Part shown: positions 1 through 11,273 of the stretch, piece after piece
Numbering within the stretch: the first letter of the stretch is position 1
Layout: every line of letters begins with the position of its first letter
Origin: Thiomicrorhabdus sp.
GTDB lineage: Bacteria; Pseudomonadota; Gammaproteobacteria; Thiomicrospirales; Thiomicrospiraceae
Reading direction: 5' to 3'
DNA: 50,259 nt
Assembly: GCA_006222135.1 (NCBI GenBank)
Contig: VCMI01000012.1
Location: 1-50,259, forward strand
Notes under the pieces: model-generated
The model's database searches: none
Told to the model about the DNA's origin: nothing
Seen by the model: the letters and a program-made list of their open reading frames with translations, nothing else
Program-made: the position numbers and the translations under genes

Positions 1-725
1 CTTGAAGCAGCGTTGGAGCCCTGAACAAGTGAGTGGTCGAATTAAGATAAGCCACAACACGACGACTATAAGTCATGAACGTATTTACCAATTTATCTAC
101 AAAGATAAATCAAGCGGAGGTTTGTTACACCAGTATTTATGTAGAAAGAAAAAATATCATAAGCGTGCAGGTATTTATGAGACACGAGGCAGGTTCAGCA
201 CAGCGCCAAGCATTGATGATAGGCCTTCTATTGTTGACGAGCGCGTCCGACTTGGAGATTGGGAGTTAGATACTGTTTTTGGAGTTCCATCAAGCGCTAG
301 CTTAGTATCAATGGTTGATCGAACATCTAGAATCGCTCGCTTCATTAAAGTTAACACGAGAAAGTCAGACATCGTTAGCGCTGTCATCATTGAGCAATTA
401 CGAGCTTTAAACAGGCCTGTTCATTCATTAACTTCAGATAATGGCAAAGAGTTTTCACAATACCAAACGATGGCAAAAGAGCTTGGGACAGATTTTTATT
501 TTGCCCACCCTTACTCTTCTTGGGAGCGTGGAACCAATGAAAATACCAATGGATTGTTAAGACGATTCTTTCCAAAAGGAACAGACTTCGATAAAGTAAC
601 TCAGGAAGAAATTGATTGGGTTGTTGATAAACTCAACAATCGCCCAAGAAAGTGTTTAGGATTCAGAACACCTAATGAGGTGTTCTGGGAAATTAAAACT
701 GTTGCACTTACGACTTGAATGTATC
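1..725 (+). mobile_element. IS30-family insertion sequence, 3' part, truncated by the window start; right terminal IR at about 701-725
   Basis: Contains an IS30 transposase C-terminus. The reverse complement of 701-724 (ATACATTCAAGTCGTAAGTGCAAC) matches the left IR at 49927-49950 (ATAGATTCAACTAGTAAGTGCAAC) at 21/24 positions. Confidence 0.93.
2..718 (+). CDS. IS30-family transposase, C-terminal part
   Basis: IS30 motifs WSPEQ, GDWELDTV, TSDNGKEF, AHPYSSWERGTNENTNGLLR and LNNRPRKCLGFRTP. The stop codon lies inside the IR. Confidence 0.95.
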   Translation: MKQRWSPEQVSGRIKISHNTTTISHERIYQFIYKDKSSGGLLHQYLCRKKKYHKRAGIYETRGRFSTAPSIDDRPSIVDERVRLGDWELDTVFGVPSSASLVSMVDRTSRIARFIKVNTRKSDIVSAVIIEQLRALNRPVHSLTSDNGKEFSQYQTMAKELGTDFYFAHPYSSWERGTNENTNGLLRRFFPKGTDFDKVTQEEIDWVVDKLNNRPRKCLGFRTPNEVFWEIKTVALTT

Positions 726-779
726 GTATAATAAGCGCCATTAAAATTACTGTACTTTTCTACTCAAGTTTATACTTAA

Positions 780-2314
<1,535 letters not shown>

Positions 2315-2335
2315 TATCCTAGTTTAAAAGATTTT

Positions 2336-2377
2336 AAAACCCACCAGGCCTGGTCAAACAGGTTGAGTGGGTTTTTT
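2336..2377 (+). terminator. intrinsic terminator after purB, stem interrupted by CAGGCCTGG
   Basis: AAAACCCAC[CAGGCCTGG]TCAA-ACAGG-TTGAGTGGGTTTTTT. Confidence 0.7.
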
Positions 2378-2416
2378 GTTTGTTCCACCCATACACCATT
2401 TGAATGAGAGCTCCTG

Positions 2417-3586
2417 ATGATTCAATTTAATGACACTGATTTAAAAACCTTTTTGAATGAATTCTGGCAGAAGAAGCCATTAGTCATTCGCAATGCCCTG
2501 CCTGACTTTGAGTCGCCAGTTTCTGCTGAAGAACTGGGGGGCCTCTCTTTAGAGGAAGACGTTGAAAGCCGCATTGTGGTTCAGAATGGCGAAAAGGATT
2601 ATCAGCTTTTAAAAGGTCCGTTTACCGAAGAGACTTTTCAAGGTCTGCCGGACAGCAACTGGACACTTTTGATTCAAGGTATGGATCGTTTGGTGCCAGA
2701 AGTCACCGATGTTTTAAATGACTTTGACTTTTTACCGCGCTGGCGTATTGATGACATTATGATTAGTTACGCCACTAAAGGCGGTAATGTCGGCCCGCAT
2801 TTCGATCACTACGATGTGTTTTTACTGCAAGCGGCAGGCAAACGTCAATGGACACTCTCCTCGCAAGATTGCTCTGAAGACAACTATATTCAAGGGGTTG
2901 ATTTACGCCTAATGGAAACCTTTAAAATTGAAGACGACTTTGTCTTTGAAAAAGGTGACATTCTGTATATCCCGCCTAAATGGGGACATCACGGTGTAGC
3001 GCTGGACGATGAGTGTATGACCTACTCGATTGGCTACCGTACTTATCGCGGTCAAGAACTTTGGGACAGCTTTGGCGACCACCTCTCTGAGATGGGCTCT
3101 TTTAAAGACCTGTATATGGACCCGACTTGGACGGAAGGTTTAAACCCAGGAGAGATTACCGATGCCGCGAGTGATCAGGCTCAAGCTTTACTGAAAAGTA
3201 TCTTAGACGATAAAACCTTAATGAAAACTTGGTTTGGTCGTTTTGCCACACAGCTGGATCCTGTGGCGGCGCAACAGTTGCCAGAACCTTTGACCGAAGA
3301 CGAAACCCCTGACATTGAAGACTTCATGGGCGCGATGCAAGTTGAACCAGGCCTGGTCAAAGACCCGGTTTGTCGCTTTGCGTATGCGCAAGTCGAAGAC
3401 AAAACGTTGCTCTATATTAATGGCGCGATTTGGGACACTTTTGGCGCGAGTGATGACTTTATGGCGAAGTTAGCAAACCAATCTTACTTAACGCAAGATG
3501 AGCTGCTTATGTGTGGTGATAAGGAAGGTAATATTAAGCTGTTGTTTGATTTATGGAAGTTGCAGTATTTGGTCTTTATTGAGTAA
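2417..3586 (+). CDS. roxA: JmjC/cupin ribosomal oxygenase (YcfD/RoxA-like)
   Basis: FWQKKPLVIR, GPHFDHYDVFLLQ (HxD), YIPPKWGHHG and YSIGYR. Sits downstream of purB as in other gammaproteobacteria. Confidence 0.88.
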   Translation: MIQFNDTDLKTFLNEFWQKKPLVIRNALPDFESPVSAEELGGLSLEEDVESRIVVQNGEKDYQLLKGPFTEETFQGLPDSNWTLLIQGMDRLVPEVTDVLNDFDFLPRWRIDDIMISYATKGGNVGPHFDHYDVFLLQAAGKRQWTLSSQDCSEDNYIQGVDLRLMETFKIEDDFVFEKGDILYIPPKWGHHGVALDDECMTYSIGYRTYRGQELWDSFGDHLSEMGSFKDLYMDPTWTEGLNPGEITDAASDQAQALLKSILDDKTLMKTWFGRFATQLDPVAAQQLPEPLTEDETPDIEDFMGAMQVEPGLVKDPVCRFAYAQVEDKTLLYINGAIWDTFGASDDFMAKLANQSYLTQDELLMCGDKEGNIKLLFDLWKLQYLVFIE

Positions 3587-3597
3587 AGAACAGGCAT

Positions 3598-3624
3598 AAA
3601 AAAGGGGAACAATATTCCCCTTTT
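3598..3624. terminator. bidirectional terminator between convergent genes
   Basis: AAAAAAGGGGAA-CAATA-TTCCCCTTTT. Confidence 0.75.
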
Positions 3625-3686
3625 ACTTTGGACGACTTGGCAAACTGACCAAATCTAAAATTGCATTTCTTCTGTAAAATCCCGTC

Positions 3687-4034
3687 TTAAAGTGACAGCA
3701 CTTTTTTAGAATAACTCATTTCATCCATCTCAATCACTTCAACCGTAATCACGATAGATTCGCTTAAACCGTTTTGTAACGAGACCAATAAACTCTGGCT
3801 AAGCAACAGCTTTTGCACATCCGTCTTACCAGCATGAATTCGGCACATCACGTGTATAAAACCAGAATCAGGCAAACCCAACCGATAATCCATTACCGGA
3901 TGAGCACGCACCTTGATATTGTCACTATTAAATAAACCTGTTGCTTTAACCGTTTCAAAAGCCCCATCCACCCTGCCTTTCACGGTGGTCGAAGCAAGGC
4001 AGTCTTGGCTGTATTCGATAATAATATGTGGCAT
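3687..4034 (-). CDS. 5-carboxymethyl-2-hydroxymuconate isomerase / tautomerase-family protein
   Basis: MPHIIIEYS N-terminus with the catalytic Pro, plus IKVRA and FIHV; 115 aa. Confidence 0.82.
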   Translation of the reverse strand: MPHIIIEYSQDCLASTTVKGRVDGAFETVKATGLFNSDNIKVRAHPVMDYRLGLPDSGFIHVMCRIHAGKTDVQKLLLSQSLLVSLQNGLSESIVITVEVIEMDEMSYSKKVLSL

Positions 4035-4054
4035 ATTTAAGTGAATATCCCCCG

Positions 4055-6976
4055 TTAAAGCGTAATGATTTCAAATTTAGTGTCCGCTAATAACTCAGCA
4101 CCACCCGTGTTGGTTAACACCACCGATGAAGCATTGTCGCCACTTAGGTAACGATCCGCCACTACGCGTAACTCATCCAGCGACGCTGAAATCACACCAT
4201 GGCGATACGCCATACGCACTTCTAAAGTTCGGCCATACAACTCTTGGAAGAAGGCTTTTTTGACCTCTCCAGACGGTGAACCCGGAGTATCCATCGCACT
4301 AATGACATTCAAAATCGCTTCATCGACTTTCGCTTGAGTGGCTTCAGAACTCATTAACCACTCTTTAGCCAGTTCGAAATCCGCATAGGTTTCTAACAGA
4401 CGAGGATCACGATATGAGAAGAAGACAAACGCACTGGCTTCGGCGTTATAACTCGCACCACCGCCATAAGCGCCACCCTTTTCACGAATACTGGAGTGCA
4501 AGAAACCATTACGTAAGCAGGCACCCAATACGGCTAGTTTAGGCGCATCTTCATGATCGGCCATCACCGCTGGATACGCCATCGCACAGAAGTTAACTTG
4601 CGTGCTTGTTACCCAGGCCTGGTTAACCGGTTGTTGCGTTGTTTCAACCGCAAACTGAGTCTCTGTCGTGCTTGGCATACTCAGCGCTGGCCACTGTTTT
4701 TCTAAACCACTTAAAGCAGTCGATAGACCGGCTTCATCACTGATGAGTAAGGCTTTTTTAGGCGCTTTACAAAGCTTGTTTTTAATCCCTGCTAAACCCT
4801 CGGCAAAGCTTTCAACCGCTTCATCCGAAGCCTGTAACTCATCATTTAAGCTTTTGATGTACTGAATGCCCGCGAAACCTGAACGTTGAAAGTTCCATTG
4901 CGCCGTTGGGGTAAAGTTTTGTGTCGCCGCCATCATCGCTAAACCATGACCGTTACCCGTAATACCATGATCGACAGAAGCGCGGATTTGACCGACTAAA
5001 TCTTTTAGACGTGTCGTTTCATCAAAACGTGCCGTATAAAGCGTCTCTTCAATCAATCCGGACATCGCGTCCTGATTGCGGTTCAATGCTTTAGACGACA
5101 ACATAAAGTGGCTGTGACACTCACTAGGTGCTTGTAGTTTAGAATGCACCGCAGAACGCCCTGAAATCCCACCTGAAATGGCTGCATGGTAAGACTGTGT
5201 TTCAAGATAATCACGACCACCACTACCGACTTCGGTGAAACAGTTATTGAACAACGGCATTAAGGCTTTTTCCGTATCCGTTAACGTCGGCAAATCAATA
5301 ATCACTTGCTCATAGGTAAGACCATTACTTCCGCACTCATAACGAGTTATCGGCACAGCACCCACCATTGAATGCTCGGATTTATATGTCTTAATAGTTT
5401 CTGGAATATCGTCTTTAGTGACTTCAGGCAAAATATCAAAATCATCAATCTCTGTCTGACGTTTATCTAATGCCACCGCTTGATCCATAATCGCCTGCTT
5501 TTCAGCATCGGTTAATTTGGCTTGAATCGCGGCTAATTTAGCTTTTTCCGCTTGGTCTCTTTTAGTAGATAACTCAGTATCTGGCTGCATGGCTAAACGC
5601 ACACGGTGCGGATTATCCAATAACAGTGATTTGACCAGGCCTGGTATAAACTGCGGATCTTTCACTTCGCTCTCTAATATCTTAAGCGCTTGATCCGTGT
5701 CTAATAACGCAATCGGATCACCTTCATGTAAAGCGCCAGACAAAGAGTGCACAATCAACTGCAAACCATATGGGAAACCATCACCACCGACTTCACGCTG
5801 AGAAAGTTCCACTTGATGTAACATCGCGTCAACTTGCGACTGCTCAACACCCTCTTCGACAATGCGTTGTAACTCATTCAAAATCAAATCTTCAACGGCT
5901 TGGGCATGTTCTAATTCTGAACCCTGCACGCCGACTACAAACGCCATCTCTTTATTAGACTCTTCGAATCCGCACAAAGGAGAAGGAGCCGATGCAAATG
6001 GACACTCTTCTAATGCCATACGTAATGGCGAGGCACTGTTATCAAGTAACACAGCAGACAACAAGTGACCTTTTAAGACTTCAATCGGATCTTTGTTTTC
6101 ACCGAGTAGCCAACCTAAGACGATGTGAGTTTTGCTTTTAACATCTTCTTCATCCAACGCATAAAAACCATTCACTACTTTAGGTTCTGTCATTCTCTGC
6201 TCAAGATCGACATGCACTTGCTTTACCTTGTCTTTAAAAGTCGCCAACGCCAACTCTTCAAACTGAGTTTGATGCTCTAGTGCAGGAATATCACCGTAAG
6301 TCATAAAGACTGAATTCGAAGGATGATAGTGATCTTTATGAAAATCGAGTAACTGCTGATGCGTTAAATTGGGAATATCTTCCGGCTCACCACCACTGTT
6401 GTAGTGATAGGTATTAGTCGGATATAACTCGGTTGAAAAAGCCTGCCACAAAGTTGAGATAGGTGAACTCATCGCGCCCTTCATCTCATTAAAAACCACC
6501 CCTTTATACGTTAAAGCAGATTCTGGGTTAGTCATCTCTTCGAACTCAAAACGGTGACCTTCTTGAGCAAAATCTAAAACGTCTAATTTAGGGAAAAACA
6601 CTGAATCCATATAGACTTCCAGTAGATTCTGGAAGTCTTTTCTATTCTCTGTTGCAAATGGATAGGCTGTCCAATCACTGGAGGTAAACGCATTCATAAA
6701 GGTATTGAGTGAACGACGTATCATCATAAAGAATGGGTCGCGAACGGGGTACTTCTCACTGCCGCACAGCGTGGTGTGCTCTAAGATATGCGCCACACCG
6801 GTTGAGTCCATTGGTACGGTTCTTAAGGCGACTAAAAAGACATTCTGCGGGTCATCAGCGGCTAAGTGATAGTGAGTTGCACCCGTCACTTTATGCTCAT
6901 AATGCTCTACTGTTAAATTCAAAGAATCGATAGTGTGTTGACCAATGTATTCAAATGCGGGATGCGTTTTAGTCAT
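4055..6976 (-). CDS. M16C insulinase-family metallopeptidase (presequence protease-like)
   Basis: DSTGVAHILEHTTLCGSEKYPVRDPFF (HxxEH), GVVFNEMKG, IREKGGAYGG and FSYRDP. Confidence 0.93.
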   Translation of the reverse strand: MTKTHPAFEYIGQHTIDSLNLTVEHYEHKVTGATHYHLAADDPQNVFLVALRTVPMDSTGVAHILEHTTLCGSEKYPVRDPFFMMIRRSLNTFMNAFTSSDWTAYPFATENRKDFQNLLEVYMDSVFFPKLDVLDFAQEGHRFEFEEMTNPESALTYKGVVFNEMKGAMSSPISTLWQAFSTELYPTNTYHYNSGGEPEDIPNLTHQQLLDFHKDHYHPSNSVFMTYGDIPALEHQTQFEELALATFKDKVKQVHVDLEQRMTEPKVVNGFYALDEEDVKSKTHIVLGWLLGENKDPIEVLKGHLLSAVLLDNSASPLRMALEECPFASAPSPLCGFEESNKEMAFVVGVQGSELEHAQAVEDLILNELQRIVEEGVEQSQVDAMLHQVELSQREVGGDGFPYGLQLIVHSLSGALHEGDPIALLDTDQALKILESEVKDPQFIPGLVKSLLLDNPHRVRLAMQPDTELSTKRDQAEKAKLAAIQAKLTDAEKQAIMDQAVALDKRQTEIDDFDILPEVTKDDIPETIKTYKSEHSMVGAVPITRYECGSNGLTYEQVIIDLPTLTDTEKALMPLFNNCFTEVGSGGRDYLETQSYHAAISGGISGRSAVHSKLQAPSECHSHFMLSSKALNRNQDAMSGLIEETLYTARFDETTRLKDLVGQIRASVDHGITGNGHGLAMMAATQNFTPTAQWNFQRSGFAGIQYIKSLNDELQASDEAVESFAEGLAGIKNKLCKAPKKALLISDEAGLSTALSGLEKQWPALSMPSTTETQFAVETTQQPVNQAWVTSTQVNFCAMAYPAVMADHEDAPKLAVLGACLRNGFLHSSIREKGGAYGGGASYNAEASAFVFFSYRDPRLLETYADFELAKEWLMSSEATQAKVDEAILNVISAMDTPGSPSGEVKKAFFQELYGRTLEVRMAYRHGVISASLDELRVVADRYLSGDNASSVVLTNTGGAELLADTKFEIITL

Positions 6977-7155
6977 GTATTATTCCAATTTTTGTGAGAA
7001 TGAGGAGAATGCTTTGCGTATTAATTCAAGGTCAGAATTCAAGTTTACAAGTCAATTGTAGACTTAATATTTGAGCTGAATTGTTAGGCAAAAAACTCTA
7101 AGAAAGTATTTAGAACTTCTATATTTATGGGGGTTTAAACTCATTATTCAACCAT

Positions 7156-7184
7156 AAAAAAGGCCATTATTAAAATGGCCTTTT
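7156..7184 (-). terminator. intrinsic terminator after pnp
   Basis: AAAAAAGGCCATT-ATTAA-AATGGCCTTTT. Confidence 0.7.
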
Positions 7185-7202
7185 AAGCTTTCGCCATAAC
7201 TG

Positions 7203-7329
7203 TTTTTAGTGAGTCAGATTGCGTCTAAAACAGTTCAAATCAAGGCGAAAAATGAGAGTGTACAATTTGTACTCGACCATTTTTAAACGCAGAGTTGGAG
7301 TGTTTTAGGCGTGATATGACCACTAAAAA
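7203..7329 (-). repeat. ~127-bp imperfect hairpin element, copy 2
   Basis: Arms TTTTTAGTG...CACTAAAAA. Core TCAAGGCG-AAAAATG...GTACAATTTGTAC...CATTTTT-AAACGCAG. Abuts the pnp stop codon. Confidence 0.8.
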
Positions 7330-9420
7330 TTATTTGTCTGCGTCTTTTAATGATAACTTGACTCGTCCTTGCTTATCAACTTCAGTCAGCTTAACGCGAA
7401 TCTCTTGACCTTCTTTCAGGTAATCTTCAACGTTTTCTACTCGCTCAGCTGCAATCTGAGAAACGTGAACTAGACCTTCGCGACCTGGCATATAGGCAAC
7501 AAACGCACCGAAATCAACGATTTTCTTAACGACAGCATCATAAGTTTTACCAATTTCTGGCTCAACTGTAATCTCAGCAATACGTGCCTTAGCGGCATTT
7601 GCAGATTCATCATCTTTCGCTGCGATCTTAACGTTACCTTCGTCATCAATCTCGATGATACAACCGGTTTCTTCAGTAATCGCACGGATAGTCGCGCCAC
7701 CTTTACCGATGATTTCACGTACTTTCTCAGGCTTAACTTTCACCATAAAGAAACGTGGTGCGGTTTCAGCAACACCCGTGTTAGAAGAGCTAATCGCAAG
7801 CGCCATAGATTCTAAGATAGTCAAACGACCTGCCTTAGCTTGATCTAATGCGATATGCATGATCTCTTCAGTGATACCTGTGATTTTGATATCCATCTGT
7901 AAAGCCGTCACACCTTTCTCAGTACCGGCGACTTTAAAGTCCATGTCACCTAGGTAATCTTCGTCGCCTAAGATATCAGACAAGACGGCAAAACCGGCTT
8001 CTTCTTTAATCAGACCCATGGCAATACCCGCAATAGGGGCCGCAATTGGTACACCAGCGTGCATTAATGACATTGAAGTACCACAAACCGATGCCATTGA
8101 ACTTGAACCGTTAGATTCAGTAATTTCAGAAACAACACGAATGGTATATGGGAACGCTTCAATCGTCGGCAATAAAGCGGCCACACCACGACGCGCCAAC
8201 ATACCATGACCAATCTCACGACGACCCGGCATACCAACACGACCACACTCACCCACCGAGAACGGAGGGAAGTTATAGTGCAACATGAAACGGTCGTGAT
8301 AAGAGCCCGCAAGATCGTCAACAATCTTCGCATCTCTTTCAGTTCCTAAAGTCGTTACCACCAATGCTTGGGTTTCACCACGAGTGAACAAGGCAGAACC
8401 ATGAACCTGAGGCAGTACACCGACACGACAACTAACTTGACGAACGGTTTTAGTATCACGACCATCAATACGAGGTTCACCGGCAATAACGCGGCCACGA
8501 ACGATCTCTTTTTGAAGTTTACCGAAGGCGTTATGAATATCCTTAGCTTCAAAACCAGTCGCGTTGCTTTCAGAATCCGTCAATTCCGCCATCGCTTTGG
8601 TTTTCGCGGCATCTAATACGGCATTACGATCCATTTTGTCAGCCGTGCTATAAGCAATCTCTACATCAGGACGTACCAAAGTATAAACAGCGGCCTCCAA
8701 ATCAGCATTGGTCGCTTTCGCTTGCCAATCCCACTGAGGTTTACCAACTTCAGCTGCAAATTCAGCAATCGCGGTAATCGCAACTTGCATTTGTTCATGA
8801 CCAAACATGACCGCACCTAACATGATCTCTTCAGACAGCTCTGCCGCTTCAGACTCAACCATCAAAACAGCCTCAGCTGTACCAGCAACACTTAATGCCA
8901 AATCAGAGGTTAGTAGGCTTTCTGGCGATGGATTTAAAAGATACTCATCATTACGGTAACCGACAATTGCAGAGCCTAGAGGGCCTGCGAAAGGCACACC
9001 AGAGACAGCTAATGCGGCAGAAGTTCCTAGCATGGCTGCGACTTCAGTACCCACTTCAGGATCTAAAGCCAGCACTTGAGCAACGACCTGTACTTCGTTT
9101 TTGAATCCCTTAGGGAACAAAGGACGAATAGGACGGTCAATCAAACGTGACGTTAAAGTTTCCTTATCGGAAGGACGTGCTTCACGCTTTAAGAAACCAC
9201 CCGGGATTTTTCCAGCTGAATAAGCTTTTTCTTGATAGTTAACGGTCAAAGGAAAGAATTCTTGGCCTTCTTTTGCCGTTTTGACCGCAACAACGGTCAC
9301 TAAAATTCGGGTTTTTCCCATACCGATCATAACCGCGCCGTCTGCTTGACGAGCGATTTCACCCGTTTCTAGTGTGACTTCATGGTTTCCGTACTGGAAT
9401 GACTTGTTAATCTTAGCCAT
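7330..9420 (-). CDS. pnp: polyribonucleotide nucleotidyltransferase
   Basis: [35 protein letters not shown], and KH and S1 domains. Confidence 0.98.
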   Translation of the reverse strand: MAKINKSFQYGNHEVTLETGEIARQADGAVMIGMGKTRILVTVVAVKTAKEGQEFFPLTVNYQEKAYSAGKIPGGFLKREARPSDKETLTSRLIDRPIRPLFPKGFKNEVQVVAQVLALDPEVGTEVAAMLGTSAALAVSGVPFAGPLGSAIVGYRNDEYLLNPSPESLLTSDLALSVAGTAEAVLMVESEAAELSEEIMLGAVMFGHEQMQVAITAIAEFAAEVGKPQWDWQAKATNADLEAAVYTLVRPDVEIAYSTADKMDRNAVLDAAKTKAMAELTDSESNATGFEAKDIHNAFGKLQKEIVRGRVIAGEPRIDGRDTKTVRQVSCRVGVLPQVHGSALFTRGETQALVVTTLGTERDAKIVDDLAGSYHDRFMLHYNFPPFSVGECGRVGMPGRREIGHGMLARRGVAALLPTIEAFPYTIRVVSEITESNGSSSMASVCGTSMSLMHAGVPIAAPIAGIAMGLIKEEAGFAVLSDILGDEDYLGDMDFKVAGTEKGVTALQMDIKITGITEEIMHIALDQAKAGRLTILESMALAISSSNTGVAETAPRFFMVKVKPEKVREIIGKGGATIRAITEETGCIIEIDDEGNVKIAAKDDESANAAKARIAEITVEPEIGKTYDAVVKKIVDFGAFVAYMPGREGLVHVSQIAAERVENVEDYLKEGQEIRVKLTEVDKQGRVKLSLKDADK

Positions 9421-9485
9421 GCTTGTTCCTTTAATTTTTTATCGGTTTCGTTTATTCAATACGCTACTTACAACAGATTGACTGA

Positions 9486-9561
9486 AACCTGAATCCCTAA
9501 GTTAACCAGGCCTGGTCAAAACCAGCGGTGACTTTATCTGATTAATTTAGGGATTCAGGTT
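9486..9561 (-). promoter_or_regulatory. pnp 5' leader long stem-loop, probable RNase III autoregulation site
   Basis: AACCTGAATCCCTAA...TTAGGGATTCAGGTT 15-bp perfect stem extended inward. Position matches the E. coli pnp leader hairpin. Confidence 0.7.
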
Positions 9562-9722
9562 CAATTTGGTTTGCAGACAATCATTAAAAACAGAGGCCTT
9601 AACGTGTATAAAGGTCTCTTATAAAAAGCGGTTCATTCATTACTGAATTTAGCCCAACCATTCTACCCTTTATTGCTAACTCTTCTAGCTCATTTGAGCC
9701 CTTTTTCATGAAATTCAGGCAC

Positions 9723-9751
9723 AAAAAAACCCTCTTTCGAGGGCTTTTTTT
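9723..9751 (-). terminator. rpsO terminator
   Basis: Minus strand reads AAAAAAAGCCCTC-GAAA-GAGGGTTTTTTT. Confidence 0.85.
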
Positions 9752-9767
9752 AATCCAACCGTTTTGA

Positions 9768-10034
9768 TTACTTACGTAAACCAAGACGCTTAAGGATTTC
9801 TAAATAACGCTGTCCGTCTTTTCTATGGATATAATCCAATAGCTTACGACGACGACTAACCAAACGTAATAGACCAGTACGAGAATGGTTATCATGCTTG
9901 TGAACTTTAAAATGCTCAGTTAAGTCCTTGATACGTGCAGTCAAAAGTGCAATTTGCACTTCTGGGGAACCTGTATCGCCTTCTTTAATCTTAAATTCTG
10001 CTACGATTTTTGCTTTATCTTCTGCTGTAAACAT
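9768..10034 (-). CDS. rpsO: 30S ribosomal protein S15
   Basis: [13 protein letters not shown] and [17 protein letters not shown]. Confidence 0.99.
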   Translation of the reverse strand: MFTAEDKAKIVAEFKIKEGDTGSPEVQIALLTARIKDLTEHFKVHKHDNHSRTGLLRLVSRRRKLLDYIHRKDGQRYLEILKRLGLRK

Positions 10035-10098
10035 ACTACTTTCTCCATATCGGTTTTAAATAAAGTCCGTTTCCACAACCGATGACAGGAACGAACCC
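10035..10098 (-). promoter_or_regulatory. S15 autoregulatory leader, pseudoknot topology
   Basis: On the minus strand a GTTCGTTCC/GGAAACGGAC stem has loop ATCGGTT, which can pair with AACCGAT next to the GGAG Shine-Dalgarno. A TATAAT -10 lies at 10103-10108. Confidence 0.65.
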
Positions 10099-10126
10099 GC
10101 GTATTATACTGATTTTAAACAGAAAC

Positions 10127-10166
10127 ACCAACGACTTTCATGAAAAAATCAATGAAAGGCGTTGGT
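10127..10166. terminator. inverted repeat, possible terminator upstream of the rpsO promoter
   Basis: ACCAACGACTTTCAT...ATGAAAGGCGTTGGT. Confidence 0.5.
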
Positions 10167-10185
10167 ATTTTTATCTTGTTTGTAA

Positions 10186-10663
10186 TTTCAATTCAGATGA
10201 CGGCTAAAATCAAATCAGTTCAAAGCCGGAACAAGGCGCTTACAAACGTAAGCAACGACTTCCCAACGAAGAAATGGCCAAAACATGAAAAATCGATTCA
10301 GATTGGGCATAAAGTAAGTCAGGTCAAAGTCCTATTTCTATACTATTCTTTATTTTCAATTCAGATGACCGTTAAAATCAAGTCAGTTCAAGGCGGGAAA
10401 AAGGCGCTTACAAACGTAAGCAACGACTTCCCAACGAAGAAATAGCCAAAACATGAAAAATCGATTCAGATTGGGCATAAAGTAAGTCAGGTCAAAGTCC
10501 TATTTTCTATACTATTCTTTATTTTCAATTCAGATGACCGTTAAAATCAAGTCAGTTCAAGGCGGGAACAAGGCGCTTACAAACGTAAGCAACGACTTCC
10601 AATGCAGAAATGGCCAAAACATGAAAAATCGATTCAGATTGGGCATAAAGTAAGTCAGGTCAA
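10186..10663. repeat. tandem repeat of a 168/169-bp unit, about 2.85 copies
   Basis: Unit TTTCAATTCAGATGAC... starts at 10186, 10354 and 10523. Copies are near-identical with no unique spacers. Confidence 0.93.
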
Positions 10664-10748
10664 GGCAAATAAATGTGAGTTTACAAGTGTAAACGTCCAT
10701 TTATCAACGCAGAGATGGCTAACTTTAGGGTCAATCTGAACGATTTTT
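10624..10748 (-). repeat. ~125-bp imperfect hairpin element, copy 3
   Basis: Arms AAAAATCGATTCAGATTG...CAATCTGAACGATTTTT. Core TCAAGGC-AAATAAATG...TTTACAAGTGTAAA...CATTTAT-CAACGCAG. Abuts the stop codon at 10748. Confidence 0.8.
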
Positions 10749-11236
10749 TAGCGCTTGCCGAAACCGTGAACGTAATGCCCTAGTGCTGAGATATCATTAC
10801 CCATATGTCGCACAAGGTGATCTAAACTAACAATCGCATTTTCAAGGATATTCACCGCTATAAAAGGTTCTTCTACCTTCAAACGGTCATACATAGGACG
10901 TGTTAGCACTAAAAACTGCACCCCTTTTTTACTGGCGCTCATTCTTAAGTTACGTGGTTGACGGTCAAAGAAAGACATTTCCCCGATTAGATTACCAACG
11001 GTTTGCTTGCCAACGGTGTTTCCAGGCTCATCAGGCACTGTAAATTCAACCTTTCCCTTTATGATAAAACCAAGTAATTCACCAATTTCACCGGCGTCAA
11101 AAATAATTTCGCCGCCTCCATGGGATTTTTCTTGTAGGTAAGGCATTAATTTATCGACTTCCTTTAGCGTAAGCGATTCGCATATTGCGTTGGTTTGAAA
11201 AAAGTTAAACAACTCTTTATCTGTCATTGAAATCAT
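10748..11236 (-). CDS. stand-alone cyclic-nucleotide-binding domain protein
   Basis: GEIIFDAGE...FIIKGKV...GNLIGEMSFFDRQPR cNMP signature, with no HTH. Confidence 0.85.
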   Translation of the reverse strand: MISMTDKELFNFFQTNAICESLTLKEVDKLMPYLQEKSHGGGEIIFDAGEIGELLGFIIKGKVEFTVPDEPGNTVGKQTVGNLIGEMSFFDRQPRNLRMSASKKGVQFLVLTRPMYDRLKVEEPFIAVNILENAIVSLDHLVRHMGNDISALGHYVHGFGKR

Positions 11237-11273
11237 TTTATCTCCTTAAAGCAGGACCTGCGTTAGACACTCA

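Noticed and set aside
410-421. AACAGGCCTGTT palindrome in the IS30 transposase as a source of the iterated motif
   Set aside because: It shares only the inner 8 bp (CAGGCCTG) and is a single coding occurrence, so there is no evidence of a link.
10140-10445. 101-aa ORF on the + strand
   Set aside because: It is a translation of the tandem repeat (168 is divisible by 3), stops in unit 2 and is antisense to the operon; likely spurious.
10186-10663. CRISPR array
   Set aside because: Whole 168/169-bp units repeat with no unique spacers, and there are no cas genes.
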